DNA of 58,553 nt, filler included, from Sphacelaria rigidula (taxonomy: Eukaryota): NCBI GenBank assembly GCA_964200075.2. It is 7 parts of 7 records of this genome, joined end to end, with 100 filler letters (N's around TTAATTAATTAA, not from the genome) between each part and the next. Parts side by side here need not be neighbours in the genome. Positions count along the whole stretch, not along the records: positions 16,761 to 25,039 come from CAXNAA020011668.1; positions 25,140 to 33,418 come from CAXNAA020011669.1; positions 33,519 to 41,797 come from CAXNAA020011670.1; 4 more parts are not named here. The stretch is one strand, 5' to 3'. The number at the start of each line of letters is the position of its first letter. Position 1 is the first letter of the stretch. Position numbers and translations under genes: made by a program. Shown here in pieces: positions 23,927 to 36,669 of the stretch. Below the pieces are notes generated by a model. That model was not told the origin of the DNA. It saw only the letters and a program-made list of their open reading frames with translations, and did not search any database.

Positions 23927-25815
23927 ACGTCTTTCGTTTTGGAGGCCGGTTGGACTCACTCCTTGTGCTATGTGCATGCATGCGTGCGTGACATATTCAT
24001 TATTCGTCAATATATTCACGAGTAATGGTAGCAGCAGCCTCTGTGTCTCTCTTTCCATGGTCTTGCGAGGTCTCGGGCGTTTGAAACATGTTTTCGCTGG
24101 TCAGAGGTCGGTTGGCATCAGCTCATCGGGGTCTGGCACGAGGGGTAGACTAACACCTATGTACGAGAGTAGATACCCGACAAAATTAGGTGTGTTTCCA
24201 TGGGCACTGAAGGCGCCAGGTTAAGATCCTGACAAAAAGCAGCTACTCGAAACATCATGTAGATCGGGGATTCAGACTTGTGATGATGAGGCCATTCTGA
24301 GCGTGCTATGGGTTTGTACTCTGGTGGGGCCACCATTGTAAATATTTAGATTCCGTCCAAGTTGCTTTTCCACCCTCCTTGCTCCCCCCTCCTCATCGCC
24401 GCCTGCGCTATACTGTCATTCTGTCTTGTGCCTTATCCAGGCCGCAGTGACCGGCAGTACGTGCAACCCCGAATCACATGCATGTCACATCATAGTCGAA
24501 TTACACCGCGACATATGTTCCCCGGTGCTGAACCCGCCTTGTACTTTTGATGTTTTATTCTTCGAGCATGGGACCATGTCTATCAGCACTCCGTTGACGT
24601 TTATTTTGTCAGGCGTGTCCCTTTTCTATGCAATACGCGTACGTTCTGTGTGTGCCCTGTTCATTGATGGTTGTTTCAGCAAAAAGCTAAATACGCACAA
24701 TACCTGGAAGAAGACATCGCTCGCATTCGAGAGGCGCAGAGCTTGGTTCACGGTTACCTTGAGGCCAATCCTGAGAGTGACGCACGCGCATGGTGAGTGG
24801 GTTGTATTCATGTGTGTGCCCAGACGGGGACGGATGTCCCTGTCTAGTCCCGTCGGCTGCTCCCGTTCTCCTCCGCTGCTTACTGCAGCTCGTGTCCTGA
24901 TTTTGTTTCCTGTCCGTGTTGCTTGATTCTAGTATCCTTGTATTGTGTTTTTTTGCACTCCCCCCCCCCCCCTTTATATTTTCATTTTCTTCTAAGTGGT
25001 TTGTTTTATAATTGTTGATTCAGGAATGTTAGTAAAAAANNNNNNNNNNNNNNNNNNNNNNNNNNNNNNNNNNNNNNNNNNNNTTAATTAATTAANNNNN
25101 NNNNNNNNNNNNNNNNNNNNNNNNNNNNNNNNNNNNNNNGAAAGTGTGGAGAAAGTACTGTTTTGAGCTCGAACCTTAATTCATTGATGAACCTCATTCA
25201 ATAGAATCCTCTGTTGTTATAGGATCGTTCTGTACGAGAATAGACACACGGAATCTCTCAGATTCCTGGGGCAGGTTGGCATACAGGTCAGACTTGTGTG
25301 TCTCCAGTTCCCGGGAGACCGCACGCCTCGCGGTTGTAGATTGAGGACTGTGCGAAGTGTTGCCCCCGCGCATCTCCGTCACTCTCTGCTTGGACGTTCA
25401 GCATCAACCGCTACATTGCCTTTGGTGGTTACGGGTGAAAGCTAGCAACGAAATTCGTCAAGTTAATAGAAGTGAGAACCAGCTTCCTATTTGATTTAAT
25501 AGGTGCGAGAACCTGCTGCGTGAACTTGGAGTGTGAGTTGGTACTCGATAATCATCTTAACCATTCACAGCGCCAGCTCATAGCTGGATACAAAATGATG
25601 CTACGGTAGGGGATGCACTTTCAGTGAAAACAAATCTCGGGGTGTTCGACGGGTCATTTTGAGAATCGGCATCAATTTACCTGAAGAAGACTGAAAATGA
25701 TGCCGATTCACGAAAAGACCCCTGCGTGCGAACTCCACGTTTCTGCGAGTCCGGTCCCCGGAGGTATGGGTTGCACAGTAAGCCCCATATATTTGGGCTT
25801 CTACAAAAAAGAGAC

Positions 25816-26065
25816 TGTGACGCCAGCCAGTGGAAGAACTGCTGGATCACCGCTGTTGAAGGACTCCCCAGTCTTACTGGCCTCAGTTTCAGGTGTCAGC
25901 CTTTACAACATTCTCATTATTCAGGAGAGTGACCTTCCAAGGTACCCACCTAGACACTCCAGGGTATCAATCTAGTGTCCCCGGTCATTATCCAGATCAT
26001 CACTACCAACGGTCATTTTCCATATCATCACTACCAACTCAACGTAACGGCATATTTTCGTCACA
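25816..26065 (-). repeat. 3' LTR (250 bp)
   Basis: TG...CA with a 7-bp terminal inverted repeat. Roughly 90% identical to 31478-31728 by manual alignment. Preceded on the minus strand by a short purine tract GGGGATGC. Confidence 0.95.
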
Positions 26066-26139
26066 GCATCCCCAAAGTGCGTTGGACGAAAGTCGATCAA
26101 CAAGCTTGAGACAAAAAAAACGCCGAAACGATGAGTAAG

Positions 26140-29100
26140 TCACAATTGAATACCAAACCCACTCGTAGTGCGAGCAGTAACGGCACGAGTCACGCGCAAT
26201 TTACGCAACTCTTTCGTAAGAAATTTCGGAGCGGCCTCAAAAATGTCCTTGAAAGGCTCCCACGTACGCTCCTCAACTTCAAAATCTACCCAGTCGACCA
26301 ACACGATCAACGAACGATCGTCTGCTTCTGCAACTTGGGCAATACCAGCGATCTGAAATTGCGCCTGATTGAAAGCATGCTGGAACCTGTCCTTGACGTC
26401 AGCCGTAACATTAAGCTGTGAGTCTGCATAAAAACGCAAACGAGCTACATGGGCGGTCTGAACACGACTCGAAACAATGTTCTGAATCTCAAACACGTGC
26501 GGGTGGTGAGCACCAACCACTCTCCATGGACCAGTCCAAGTCGCCATCAACTTGGGCGTAACACCCGGACGACGCACGCGTGCATACAAGACATAGTCGC
26601 CTACCTTAAATTTCGGCAATTTCAGCCCGGACGAAGACCCTCACGTCTACGCGCACGTTCGGTGGAAAGACGTTCCTGCACTTGAACGTGCGAGCGTTCT
26701 TGTAAGTCCAAGACTCCTTGCGATGCACTCTTAATTTGAACATCGTCCAGAACATTACATTTTCATTCCCCCGCAGACGAAGATGCCAACACCGAGAAAG
26801 ACGTCCGAGGAGCACGACCAAACATCATGTCGTACGGCGTACTATCGTACCGACGACGAGACGCTGTATCAAGCACCCATTGCACCGCAGGCGACACGTC
26901 CATCCACTCGGTCACCTCTCGACGCTGCTCGAGAAGAATAGAGCGAAGAGCACGAACTACTTCCTTGACCATGCGTTCGCACGTGCTGTTCGACCACCGA
27001 AAATACGCTACCGCACACTGATTATCGACGCGCATAGCCTCTCACAATCGGGCCAAGATTGCATTCTTGAAATGCGTGGCGGTATCACTCACCCACACAC
27101 GCGGCACCCTCAAAATTTGGCACCAATTCAGCAAATATGCAGCGGTCGATTCAGTAGTACACACTGCTACTGGTTCAAGAACCACAAAGTTGCTCGAATC
27201 ATCCATAATGACCAAAATGTATCGAAACCCAGCATCCTTCGACAAACCTTTGGAAGCTAGCGGGCCACTCTCGCCCACGTACAAGAAGTCAAAATGAACG
27301 ACTTCATTCGGCGTGATCCCATGGACCGTTTCGCCGAGCGGGCGGGAAACAGCAACGCCCGCCCTCGAGTCAGCACAGTGAAGACACTGGCGGACAAACT
27401 CGCGCACATGAGTTTCTATCCCCTGCCAGACGCAAAACTCTTGCAAACGCACGAGCGTCGCAGCCACACCACGATGCCCGGCGTCGCGCATGTGCGCGCA
27501 AATCATCATCAGACGTACCTGCAACTGCTCGTCAGAACTCGGAATCCACAAAACGTTTCGGCCACGCACATGCACACGAAACAGACCTTCGTAGTCCAAG
27601 ATAGCAGTACCAACGTCCGACGCAAAAGATTGCACGTCCGCATCTTCGGCCCCAAGGTCGTTTCGTTGCGCTTGACGGACGACAGATTTGGACGGCATCG
27701 AGTCATCAGGTTCACACGGACCATACACAGCCACAGCGCGCACAGGCAAAGCTGGAATATTCACCCAACGTGAAAGCACGTCACCCTAGGCGTTACGGTC
27801 ACCCGAAATAGGAAAAACGAGTAACGGTACTGGCCAAAAACAGCTTTCCAACCCTCCAAACGTTGTGCCAATGCTTTCGACCCAGACATAACGCATGCTT
27901 CCGGGTTGAAAATATACACGATATTTCGGTGATCCGTGAAAATGTGCACGTCATCCCACAAGAAATGCTCCAAACGACGAAAGTGCTTACGATAGCAAAA
28001 CCTTCCTTATCAGTTGTGGCGCAACGCAGCTGCGAGCCCCTCAAATTACCACTGAGTAAAGCCAGCGGTTCATGCGTCATATCCTTAACCGGCAGGCTTC
28101 TTTGTATTTCCGCTCTAGGCACCTGCGTGACGAAACTACCCCAATGACACTCAGATGCATCCGGAAACATTAGCACCTGACGATCAGGACGAGGATGGAA
28201 CGGCGTCACGGCGTGTGCTACCAGATCCTTCACTGCCGCCCACGCTGCAACCTACCCTCCGTCCACGATGCAGGCGGAATAGCGCATTTTTCTGCAAAAC
28301 GCTTCGTCCGCCTCGCAGCACCCGCCATGAGTTCTTCGAGGAAAAGACGCAAGGAAGTTGCGGTCTCTGCCATACGCGGCAACGGGGTACGCAGCCAATT
28401 CACGGCCTGCAGGAATTGCATGAGTTCTGCGGCCGTTTCTGGGCGCCGCATGTCAGACAAGCCTTGCAATCTGACAGGGTCATGAGATACGCGCCCGTGT
28501 GAGTACACTTTCCCACACCATACGAGTTCACTAGCGAAGAAAGTGCATTTGTGCGCCACTGCAAACAAACTGACATTCTCTAAACGGGTCAAGATAGCAT
28601 CAAGCGTGTCTGAAAGTTCGTCTTCCGTGTCCGCTAAAAAACACACACCCACCCATATCTTGCATTTCAAGCCGACTAGCAGTTCTGTCATGATACCTTG
28701 AAAATATGCCGTGGCATTCAACACGCCTTGCGGCACTTGCTTCGGGGCAAACAAGCCTAACGGGGTCGGGATTGTAAAAATCTCCTGCGCCTCCTCCGCC
28801 AACGGCATCTGTGAATGACCTTGGAGGAGGTCCAACTTGCCAAAAAAATGAGCACACGAGAGATCACGCATGTCCGACTCTTGATTGGGCGTCACACCCG
28901 ATGAATTCTCAACCTGATCATTTACAGCCTTCTAGTCGCCTACCAGGCGAAACGAGTCTTTCTTGGGGACCGCCATCGCCGGACTGGACCACCCCGCCTG
29001 CAGGTTTCGGACAACCAACCTAAGCGCCAAAAAAGCCGCCATGCACAACGCCATCCAGCTCGACTTCACCGGATCGTACCGCCACGGCTTCACCTTCACC

Positions 29101-29912
29101 GCGGATGCCCCGGGTTTCAGCTGAGCACGCATGGGCTCCACGCGCGCAGGGGGATCACCCCGCAGCGCACGACGAAACGCCTTGACGCGGCGATGCAAGA
29201 TGACGCGCAGGCGTTCCGCTTTGGGGACGCTGAGGCCTTTCGCCACAGCATCCGTCACGCTCTCCTCCAGCGCGACCTTGCGATCGGACTCCTCTTCCGC
29301 CGGGTCCATGAGCATGTCCGGGCCGCGCTCTACTAAGCGTTCCACCGCCGCATCCCGCTCCTCGGTCACCTGCCCCCCAGCCTCCTGAAAAGCACCTACA
29401 GACAAGCTCACGCTACAACTGCCCAAAAAGGCGGGCATCTCCACGTGCGGACCAGGCGGAGACATCCGCGTCTTGATGGGGTCCTTCAACCGCTCATACG
29501 GATTGACTCCTAGATCCTGTAGCGTTGGCAGCCCCAGAGGAACAACGCCATCCGACCCTGGCATAGTCGCAAACGAGATTGGAGGCAACGGCGCCAGCCC
29601 CCAAGCAGTCTTAAACGCTAGCTCCAACGGAACAGTACGCTCCGTGACGGAAACATGCTGACCCGACGCGGTGACTGCCTGCCGCGCTCCGAGCGAAAAC
29701 GGGATGCGCAGCGGCACACCCGGAAGGTGACGCTCCAGCATCTCAACCATCTGCACCGGCAGACTAGTGAAATGGGCGCCAGAATCCAACACAGACCGAA
29801 CCACAATGGCTACACGCTGCCATTGATTCGGAAGACATAACTCCGCCGGAATGTATCTGTCGGCCAGCTCCACGGGAACTTCTTCCGCTGATCCATGCGC
29901 CGCCAATCCCAC
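26140..29912 (-). pseudogene. pol: Gypsy pol (protease, RT, RNase H, integrase, chromodomain; disrupted)
   Basis: Protease VLDSGA. RT KLDLLQG..Q and PQGVLNATAYFQ, with YxDD decayed. RNase H DAS...KEGFAIV...FTDHRN. Integrase AH..GHRG..CLHC, VHFDF, WVSD, CERMVKEV. GPY/F module WTGPWRV. Chromodomain VLVDWVDFEVEERTWEP. Confidence 0.93.
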
Positions 29913-29918
29913 TTGACG

Positions 29919-31297
29919 CTACGCAAGCTGCGCAGGCGAAGACGCCCCGGCAGGTTCAAACGGCACCGCCGTCGGGTATGCCCTCCAGCCAGCAAACCAA
30001 GAATTTGGCAAACCTCCGACCAGCGCGTCAACAGGCGTCGCGCCTGGCGCTGCTGCCGGTGTCGCCGCCGGCGCCACCACCGGCGCCGGCGCAGTGTTCG
30101 ACTCTGTAGAAGTCGGGCTCACCTGCACCGCCCGTTGCGGAGCAGCAACACCTACGGCGGCGCCGGATCCAGAGCCAGGCCCATGCTGACGCCGCTGCCC
30201 CTGCTGCTGCTGGTTCTGCTGCGGCTGCGGCTGCAGCTGCGGCTGCTGCTGAGGGCTCGCCTGCGACCCTCCATCGCCGGAGGATCCGCCGCCGCCACCA
30301 CGATTACCTCGTCTTTCGCTCTTTTGCTGACAATGCTGATAGCGCGCGGCACTAGATTGCCCAGACTCTCCACCGGAAGACGTTGGGCAATCGCGCGCGT
30401 AATGGCCGACCTGGCCACAGCGGTGGCAAGTAATACTCGCGGCGCGACTGGCCGATTTCGAGCCATGGTTGCGCAAAGATTTCGGCGAAGAGGTGGGCGA
30501 CTGGCCAGACACCTCTATTCTCCGCCACTACTCGGCCTCGGCCACGACGGTGCTCATCACCAGGTATGGGTCGGCCTTCCAGTCTGTTTGGTGCTACAGC
30601 TTGATAAGCACGGCTTGCTTGAAATTTCCCGATGCCAACCCCTCCACCAAAGCCTTGGTGATTGCTGCTGCCGGGCTGGAATGAACTTACCATCGGGGGA
30701 ACGATATACTAGTTGCACGTTCGGATTTTCCGTTAAGTACTTCCCCAAAGTGGCCAAGATGGGCTCCACCCGCTCCAACATCGTTTTCCCCCGAGGATCC
30801 CTGGCGACAGTTTTCGCCACGGCCACGGACGCTTGGATCAGATCCACCTCGGCGCCCGCCGCATGCCCAGCATGCTTTTGAATCGCCGCGACCAACTGCG
30901 GCGGGGTGATAGTGCTCTTATTATGTTCCAAACGAGCGAATACTCTTTGTACATGAGTTAGCACTTGTGTTGAGCCATTTGTCACCCCCTGATGCCGCAC
31001 GGCACCCGCCTGCATTAGCGTGTTCCACACGCTTCTTGTATTCCAAATACCTCGTGTACAAAAGTGCGAGATGGACTCTCTGAGTACCTGTCCCCGTATT
31101 GGGGAGTGGGAGGTCGCAACTCTTCCCGCATGACCGCGGGTGTCACGGTGGACGTACCTCCTGAGCCGGTAGCCATAGCTGTAGCTGTAACTGGCTACCT
31201 GCGAACCTTTGCAGGCCAGCGGACCTTCGCGAAATGCACTTTCCTTGCTTTGTCGCCGCACCACACAGTCGTAGGAGCCTCCGAACTCCCGCTGCAT
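29919..31297 (-). pseudogene. gag: Gypsy gag (disrupted)
   Basis: Zinc knuckle CHRCGQVGHYARDC at 30387-30428, followed by a Q/G/A/P low-complexity tract. Split across ORFs 30557-31297 and 29919-30512. Confidence 0.85.
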
Positions 31298-31477
31298 GCA
31301 GCTTCAGCAAATCTCCAGCCCGGATCAATCACAGGCCAGCCGCCTTTCTGCAGCCTCCTCAGCTGGAACCCTCTCCACGCGTCCGTGGCTTATCAGGTTT
31401 TCACAGCTACCAGACTCCTTCCGCCGAATTCCTTTGTAGCAGGTTTCTAGCACTAACACTAGCACTAATATCGATAT

Positions 31478-31728
31478 TGTGACGCCAGCCAGGGGAAGAA
31501 CTGCTGGATCACTGCTGTCGAGGGACTCCCCAGGCTTACTGGCCTCAGTTCCAGTTGTCAGCCTTTACAACATCTCCTATTATCCAGGAGAGTGACCTTC
31601 CAGCGCACCCACCTAAACACGCCAGGGTATCAACCTGGTGTCCCCGGTCATTATCCAGATATACACTACCAACAGTCATTATCCATACCATCACCACCAG
31701 CTCAACGTAACGGTGTATTTTCGTCACA
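31478..31728 (-). repeat. 5' LTR (251 bp)
   Basis: Direct repeat of 25816-26065 with the same termini. Confidence 0.95.
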
Positions 31729-32087
31729 AGACCCAGAAACAAAAAATGCAACCCCTATACCGTAGCATTGCTCTACAAGATAGGTACCAGCCTATCACCG
31801 TGATATCAACCCCAAAATATAAAAAAGGCTGTTACCTGGACGAACAGCCCCAGCAGTCAAAGGCTGACTATTTCACCGCCAGGCAGGGTGGGTCAGCTGA
31901 ATATGCATCAATCCACTGGGAAAATGAATTCAGAACCTAGATGATAGGTAGACAGTTGAATCATATGTACATGACGGATCAGTAGAGCAAGTGATAATCG
32001 TGCCGGCTTTCCGTGTGAAACACCGCATCTCTTACATATATTTACAAGTCGAGCGTGCTCGGGCCGATTTGGATAAAAACGCGATTC

Positions 32088-32519
32088 AACAATGGATTCT
32101 CGCAGATGAAGTTGAAAAACAAATGAGGCTCAACTCAGAAGCCGCGCTTTCCCTGACCTAAATTCATGACAAATTACTTTCATATGGACAAACCCATTCC
32201 TCCCGACCTGCCTAGAACTGTTTCGGGAGATTTCTAGCCTTCCGTTCACCCAAAGGGCATGTCCTAAAGCACGATTTTGGGGCAAAAAAGTGTCCTGTTT
32301 TCACCCCAAAGTTGAGGCAGAAGTGTGATTTCGCACATACCCTTTGGGGCCTTTGGGGGAACGGAAGGCTAGAAGAGCCCGGAAACAGTTCTAGGGGCGT
32401 CAGGAGGGATGGGTTTGTCCGTATGGAAGTCATTTGTCATGAATTTAGGTCAGGGAAAGCGCGGCTTCTGAGTTGAAGCTTATTTTGTTTTTCACCCCCA
32501 TTTTCGAGAATCTATTGTT
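32088..32519. mobile_element. MITE with long (~175 bp) imperfect TIRs
   Basis: ctcagaagccgcgctttccctgacctaaattcatgacaaa / tttgtcatgaatttaggtcagggaaagcgcggcttctgag. Related to 44897-46989. Confidence 0.85.
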
Positions 32520-32929
32520 ATTTTGCGATTCACAAGTCGAGCGTGCTCGGGCTGATGTGGACAAAACCACGATCTGCGCACGCTAGGAAGTACCTGGAAA
32601 GCCATCCCCTTCAAATATTCGAATCTCAATGTTCAGAGTCAAGTCAAGTTAGTCCGAACGAGGCAAAACTTTGCTACCTACATAGACAGTAGGGAACCAA
32701 TTTGACCGAAGGTCCAAAGGACGCCCCTGACATCTTTAGAGCTTACCTGGCAGGCTAACCTGGGGCGTGCAACCCTGCTGGTGCGTACGCGTGCACGCGT
32801 CGTGCGTGTTCTGAAAACGGCCCATTTTCCTCCCCGAGCCGCCTGAGGCGCCGGGTTTGAGGTCTGCCAACGCACACTGTGCGTATGGCACCATTACACA
32901 CGTGGGCAGATAGCACCGTGTGGGGCACG

Positions 32930-33135
32930 TCTACAGGGTTCAGGGAAACTCTGCAGTGTTTCTCGCGGGGATTTGGCTGTAGGGTATTTTTTGCGCCACA
33001 CAGGACGCTTCACAGGGTTTCAGGGAAACTGTGCCGTGTCTCGTGGGAATTTGACTGTAGGTTATGTTTTTGCGCCATACAGAATGCTTCACAGGGTTTC
33101 AGAGAGAAAGGTGCAGTGTTTTCTTGCGTAGATTT
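32930..33135. repeat. Degenerate tandem repeat, ~80-bp unit, ~2.5 copies
   Basis: acaggg(t)ttcag.ga.a...tgc.gtgt occurs three times. Confidence 0.7.
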
Positions 33136-34285
33136 GACAGAGAACAACAAATTGTGCGAATCGAGGTTTAAATCCGAGATGAGGATCAAGCCTAAACCAG
33201 TGCTTCCCCCACACTTTCAGCGATGGTGCTCAATGACGTTTTTGTCGGCCTGATGCCTCTCGATCGCGTAGATAATTTTTCAGCGCAAGTCACCGACTCT
33301 GTGAACGTACAGTGCTGACCAAAACCGTCATTTCCCCCCATTTTTTCAGGGAAATAATATCAGAGAAAATGAATGTTTCGGTCAAAGGGGGGGAAATGAC
33401 GGTTTCGGTCAGCTCGCTNNNNNNNNNNNNNNNNNNNNNNNNNNNNNNNNNNNNNNNNNNNNTTAATTAATTAANNNNNNNNNNNNNNNNNNNNNNNNNN
33501 NNNNNNNNNNNNNNNNNNTGAAGCGCCTCATATTGGCGACATTGACTAGAACGAGCCCAAGCGTGCGAATTCCCAGCTTCTCGTTGTGCTCGGCTTGTCC
33601 CATTTCGATTTACGTGAAGATTTCGCCTCCCGAAACCATGCACTTTTTTTTTTGGGGGGGGGGGGGTATCGTAGAAAGTGTCTGGACGAGTTGCGATATG
33701 ATTAATTCGCCGATCTAGTGTGTACATGCAACATGCAGAAGATTGCACTGTACACTTCGGGGCGGTATATGTTAGTAGGTAGTACCTGCTGACGCGCCAC
33801 CTTTCGCTCCTCTCGTTCACCAATGTGCAACACGCCCTCTTCGGCAAGCAGCCCCGTTGGGTGTCTGCCCCGCATCTTTTTCCTAGAGTTTGTGTCGCCA
33901 TGACCGTCGTTGCCCGACCTACACTCTCGGTCGTCTGATGCTGTCGGCCCATTCCGCTTCCGACATATCGGAAACTTGCCCTCCAGCGGATGCGCTATGA
34001 AGTCCGGCCCGGTGTCCGTAGATAACCGCTGGATAGTGACGAGCGCACGAGCAAAATGTATTAAATTCGTGACGGCATGTGGTCATCTTTATCGGCGTTT
34101 CGAGCAGTCTCTCTATATACTCACGTGCCACCATGTCTGTCACCGAATTGACACCTGTATCCATCCGCTTGAAAACCGAGCTTAGCTATCTGTTCAAAAG
34201 AGCACTTTCAATACTACTCGACAATCTGCAGCCCTTCCAAGCATTTCAAATTCACATAGTATACGTATGCGTACATATACGGCAT

Positions 34286-34381
34286 CTTGGAGTCGAGAAA
34301 GGGGCAGAGGAGTTCGAGGACACGTGGCGTCGCGAAGACAAACGAGAGCTGCTGCGTGGACGGCTACCGATTTGGACAACC

Positions 34382-34414
<33 letters not shown>

Positions 34415-34740
34415 GCTCGCGAGGGATCCAAGATGGAAACGACCGAGAGAATGGAGAATGGCTCGCTTGTGTACCCGACAGTAGGGGTGAATGCGAGAAA
34501 ATGGGCTAACACGGGAACTGATGTACTCCTGTCCTTTTCCATCGGTTGTTGATTTTCTCCTTGGTAGGTGGTTCTGCGGTCTTCCCTCACGTGTCTTTGT
34601 GCCCACCCGCTCCTCTATACTGTGCCCTTTCGGTTTCATCACTTCTGTTGTCTCCTTCTGCGTTCATTCTTTCTTTTCCCACCTCTCCCTTCATGTATGT
34701 TCTTCCTTCCGGTCTACGTATGCAAGTAAAGTAGCAGTTT
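34286..34740 (+). mobile_element. RTE-like LINE 3' end/UTR relic containing a (CAA)n microsatellite (34377-34413)
   Basis: VEKGAEEFEDTWRRE resembles the terminal RTE motif (E-x-G-A-E-x-F-x-x-x-W), followed by a pyrimidine-rich UTR-like sequence. Confidence 0.4.
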
Positions 34741-36669
34741 GGCGCCTCGCTTCCCTGGGGTTCACGAATGAGACCTTCATACTCAAATCAGTAACGTCGA
34801 AATAGTAGAGTCGAAATAGCTGGGCCGCGATATGCTCCGACGGTTTCTTGTCTTCTTTTGCGATCGGGTATGCGTGTAATTTTTGCGCAAGGCCTTTTCC
34901 ACCGAAGCCATGTTGCGGAGGACGGCCACGTTTTATGTTCTTACTTTGTTTTTCATTCTGTCCTTTTTTTCTTTTCTTAGTCTACTGTCTGTCTTCCCTT
35001 TCTATTTCTCCACTTTTCTCAGCGAGTCTTTCCATTATATTTCATCTCCGGAACGTTTATCACGTCACCATTATGTGAGCACGACTGGATCTCTGGGAGG
35101 TCAGCTAAGGTGCGACAATGAAATATACTTCGCAAGTAAAAAATATATCATTCATTATTTTGAATGTTCCCTCGCGGGTTAAGCTGGTGACTTGCAATAG
35201 AGAAACGAGCACTTCGAGGCCGCACAGTGGCATTTTCACCGGCACCTGTGATACCGTCGCCGGGTTTATCGTAGGGTGACACTACACAAATATTCACGTG
35301 CAAGGCATGAGTCGTGTAGATGGATGGGTGTCCCCCAACGTGAGAGACGGTCACCAGCCGTGCACCGAGTGATTTTCAAGGGGTAGGTCGACCATGACTG
35401 CCTGTTGGTGTGCTGGAAACCTCAAGGTGGCGTACTTTGATCTATGATCACATTCATGTCGGGAAACGTTCAACTTCAACGCGTGATAAATAAAACAGTT
35501 TAGTACATTATCCGTCCAGCACAATCCTCTCATTTTTTCCCCATACAAAGGTATACTCCTCTTGGGATGGGACCAGCTGTCCGGAAACGGGAGGCACCAT
35601 TAAAAGGTTTGTCTCCAGGCACAGATAGCCATGAAGGACTTTCTTATCTCTTTCTCATACCTTGCCCCTTTATCTCCATAAACCTTCAGAAACTTGAAAC
35701 GCTTTTCCTGAAGGGTTTGCCTTTCAGATATCAATTATGACACCGGACTTGATTGCAATTTGCCAGGCAAACCTTTTCTCGGACATTGAAGTGAAGTAAA
35801 AATTCGCGAAAATACGGGTGAAAAAACGGATCTGGAAGGCCATTTTGTTTCGGCTCTCCTGGGCTTTCTAGCCATACGATTTCAAAATAGAGGGCGACCA
35901 ACGATTCCTCCTTTTCTTCAATCCACGAGAAGAGCTTTGTTTCTTGACATATCTGCATTTTGTTTCCGCTGCTGACACTTCGGAGATAATATCATATGCA
36001 TAATACATACGATCCGATCTCATATGAGGTGTACACAATTAATAGATCATGTGTGACTGTGCTTTGCGTGCTGTGATGCTCATATACACACAAGGTGTGT
36101 CGAGAGGATCGTATTGTCTCCTCTTGCCAAAACTCGGAATATATATAATGCCCCACCACGGGTAAAGTTTAGCATTTCGGGGAGATTTCGAGGTAATTTC
36201 GGCTCAAAACCTTGCATTTCCCCCACCCATAGAAGACCTCCGCACCTACCGACGTAGGTCGACGCCACCGTCACACCTCCCTTTTCCCCTCTGTGTCTCG
36301 TCTTCTGGTATCTTCCCCTAGTCTTGTCGTTTAATACTCGAGCTTTCTTGAAAGCAACACTGCCGATTATCATCCTTGCTTTTGTAAATCTTGTAACCAT
36401 AGCTAGATTTTATAGCGGGACAGTTGATGCGAGGCAACCATGAGGCAATCAAAAAGATACCTCCGTGGATAGTTCGACATCTCAGAACGTTAACCACATG
36501 TCACCGGGACTCCTAGGTACTATTGATTGATCGGTTTTTGAATAATTCTCGCACACTTCTTGATCAGCCAAAGCTAGATATTAATTGACCAAATCCATCC
36601 GTGGTCACAGTCACGAGGTTAACGTCCCGAAGGTAGTGTACTTCTACAACAGTATCGTTCCAGACATAC

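Larger units (their letters stand above)
25816..31728 (-). mobile_element. Full-length, decayed Ty3/Gypsy LTR retrotransposon with integrase chromodomain (chromovirus-like)
   Basis: Two direct LTRs bounded by TGTGACG...CGTCACA, with a 4-bp TSD AGAC (25812-25815 and 31729-31732). Domain order is gag-PR-RT-RH-IN-CHD on the minus strand, broken by frameshifts and stops. Confidence 0.96.

Noticed and set aside
24441-24926. Next or terminal exon of the sulfotransferase gene
   Set aside because: A plausible acceptor (tatccag|) exists, but the translation shows no recognisable family similarity in any frame.
29895-30881. 328-aa plus-strand ORF, and other long antisense ORFs such as 21345-22145 (-)
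   Set aside because: These are shadows of GC-rich gag and of the LINE ORF on the opposite strand.
35250-35960. Protein-like minus-strand reading (KRFKFLKVYGDKGARYEKEIRKSF...) as further Myb-gene exons
   Set aside because: Multiple stops and frameshifts, no convincing splice sites, and no recognisable family.
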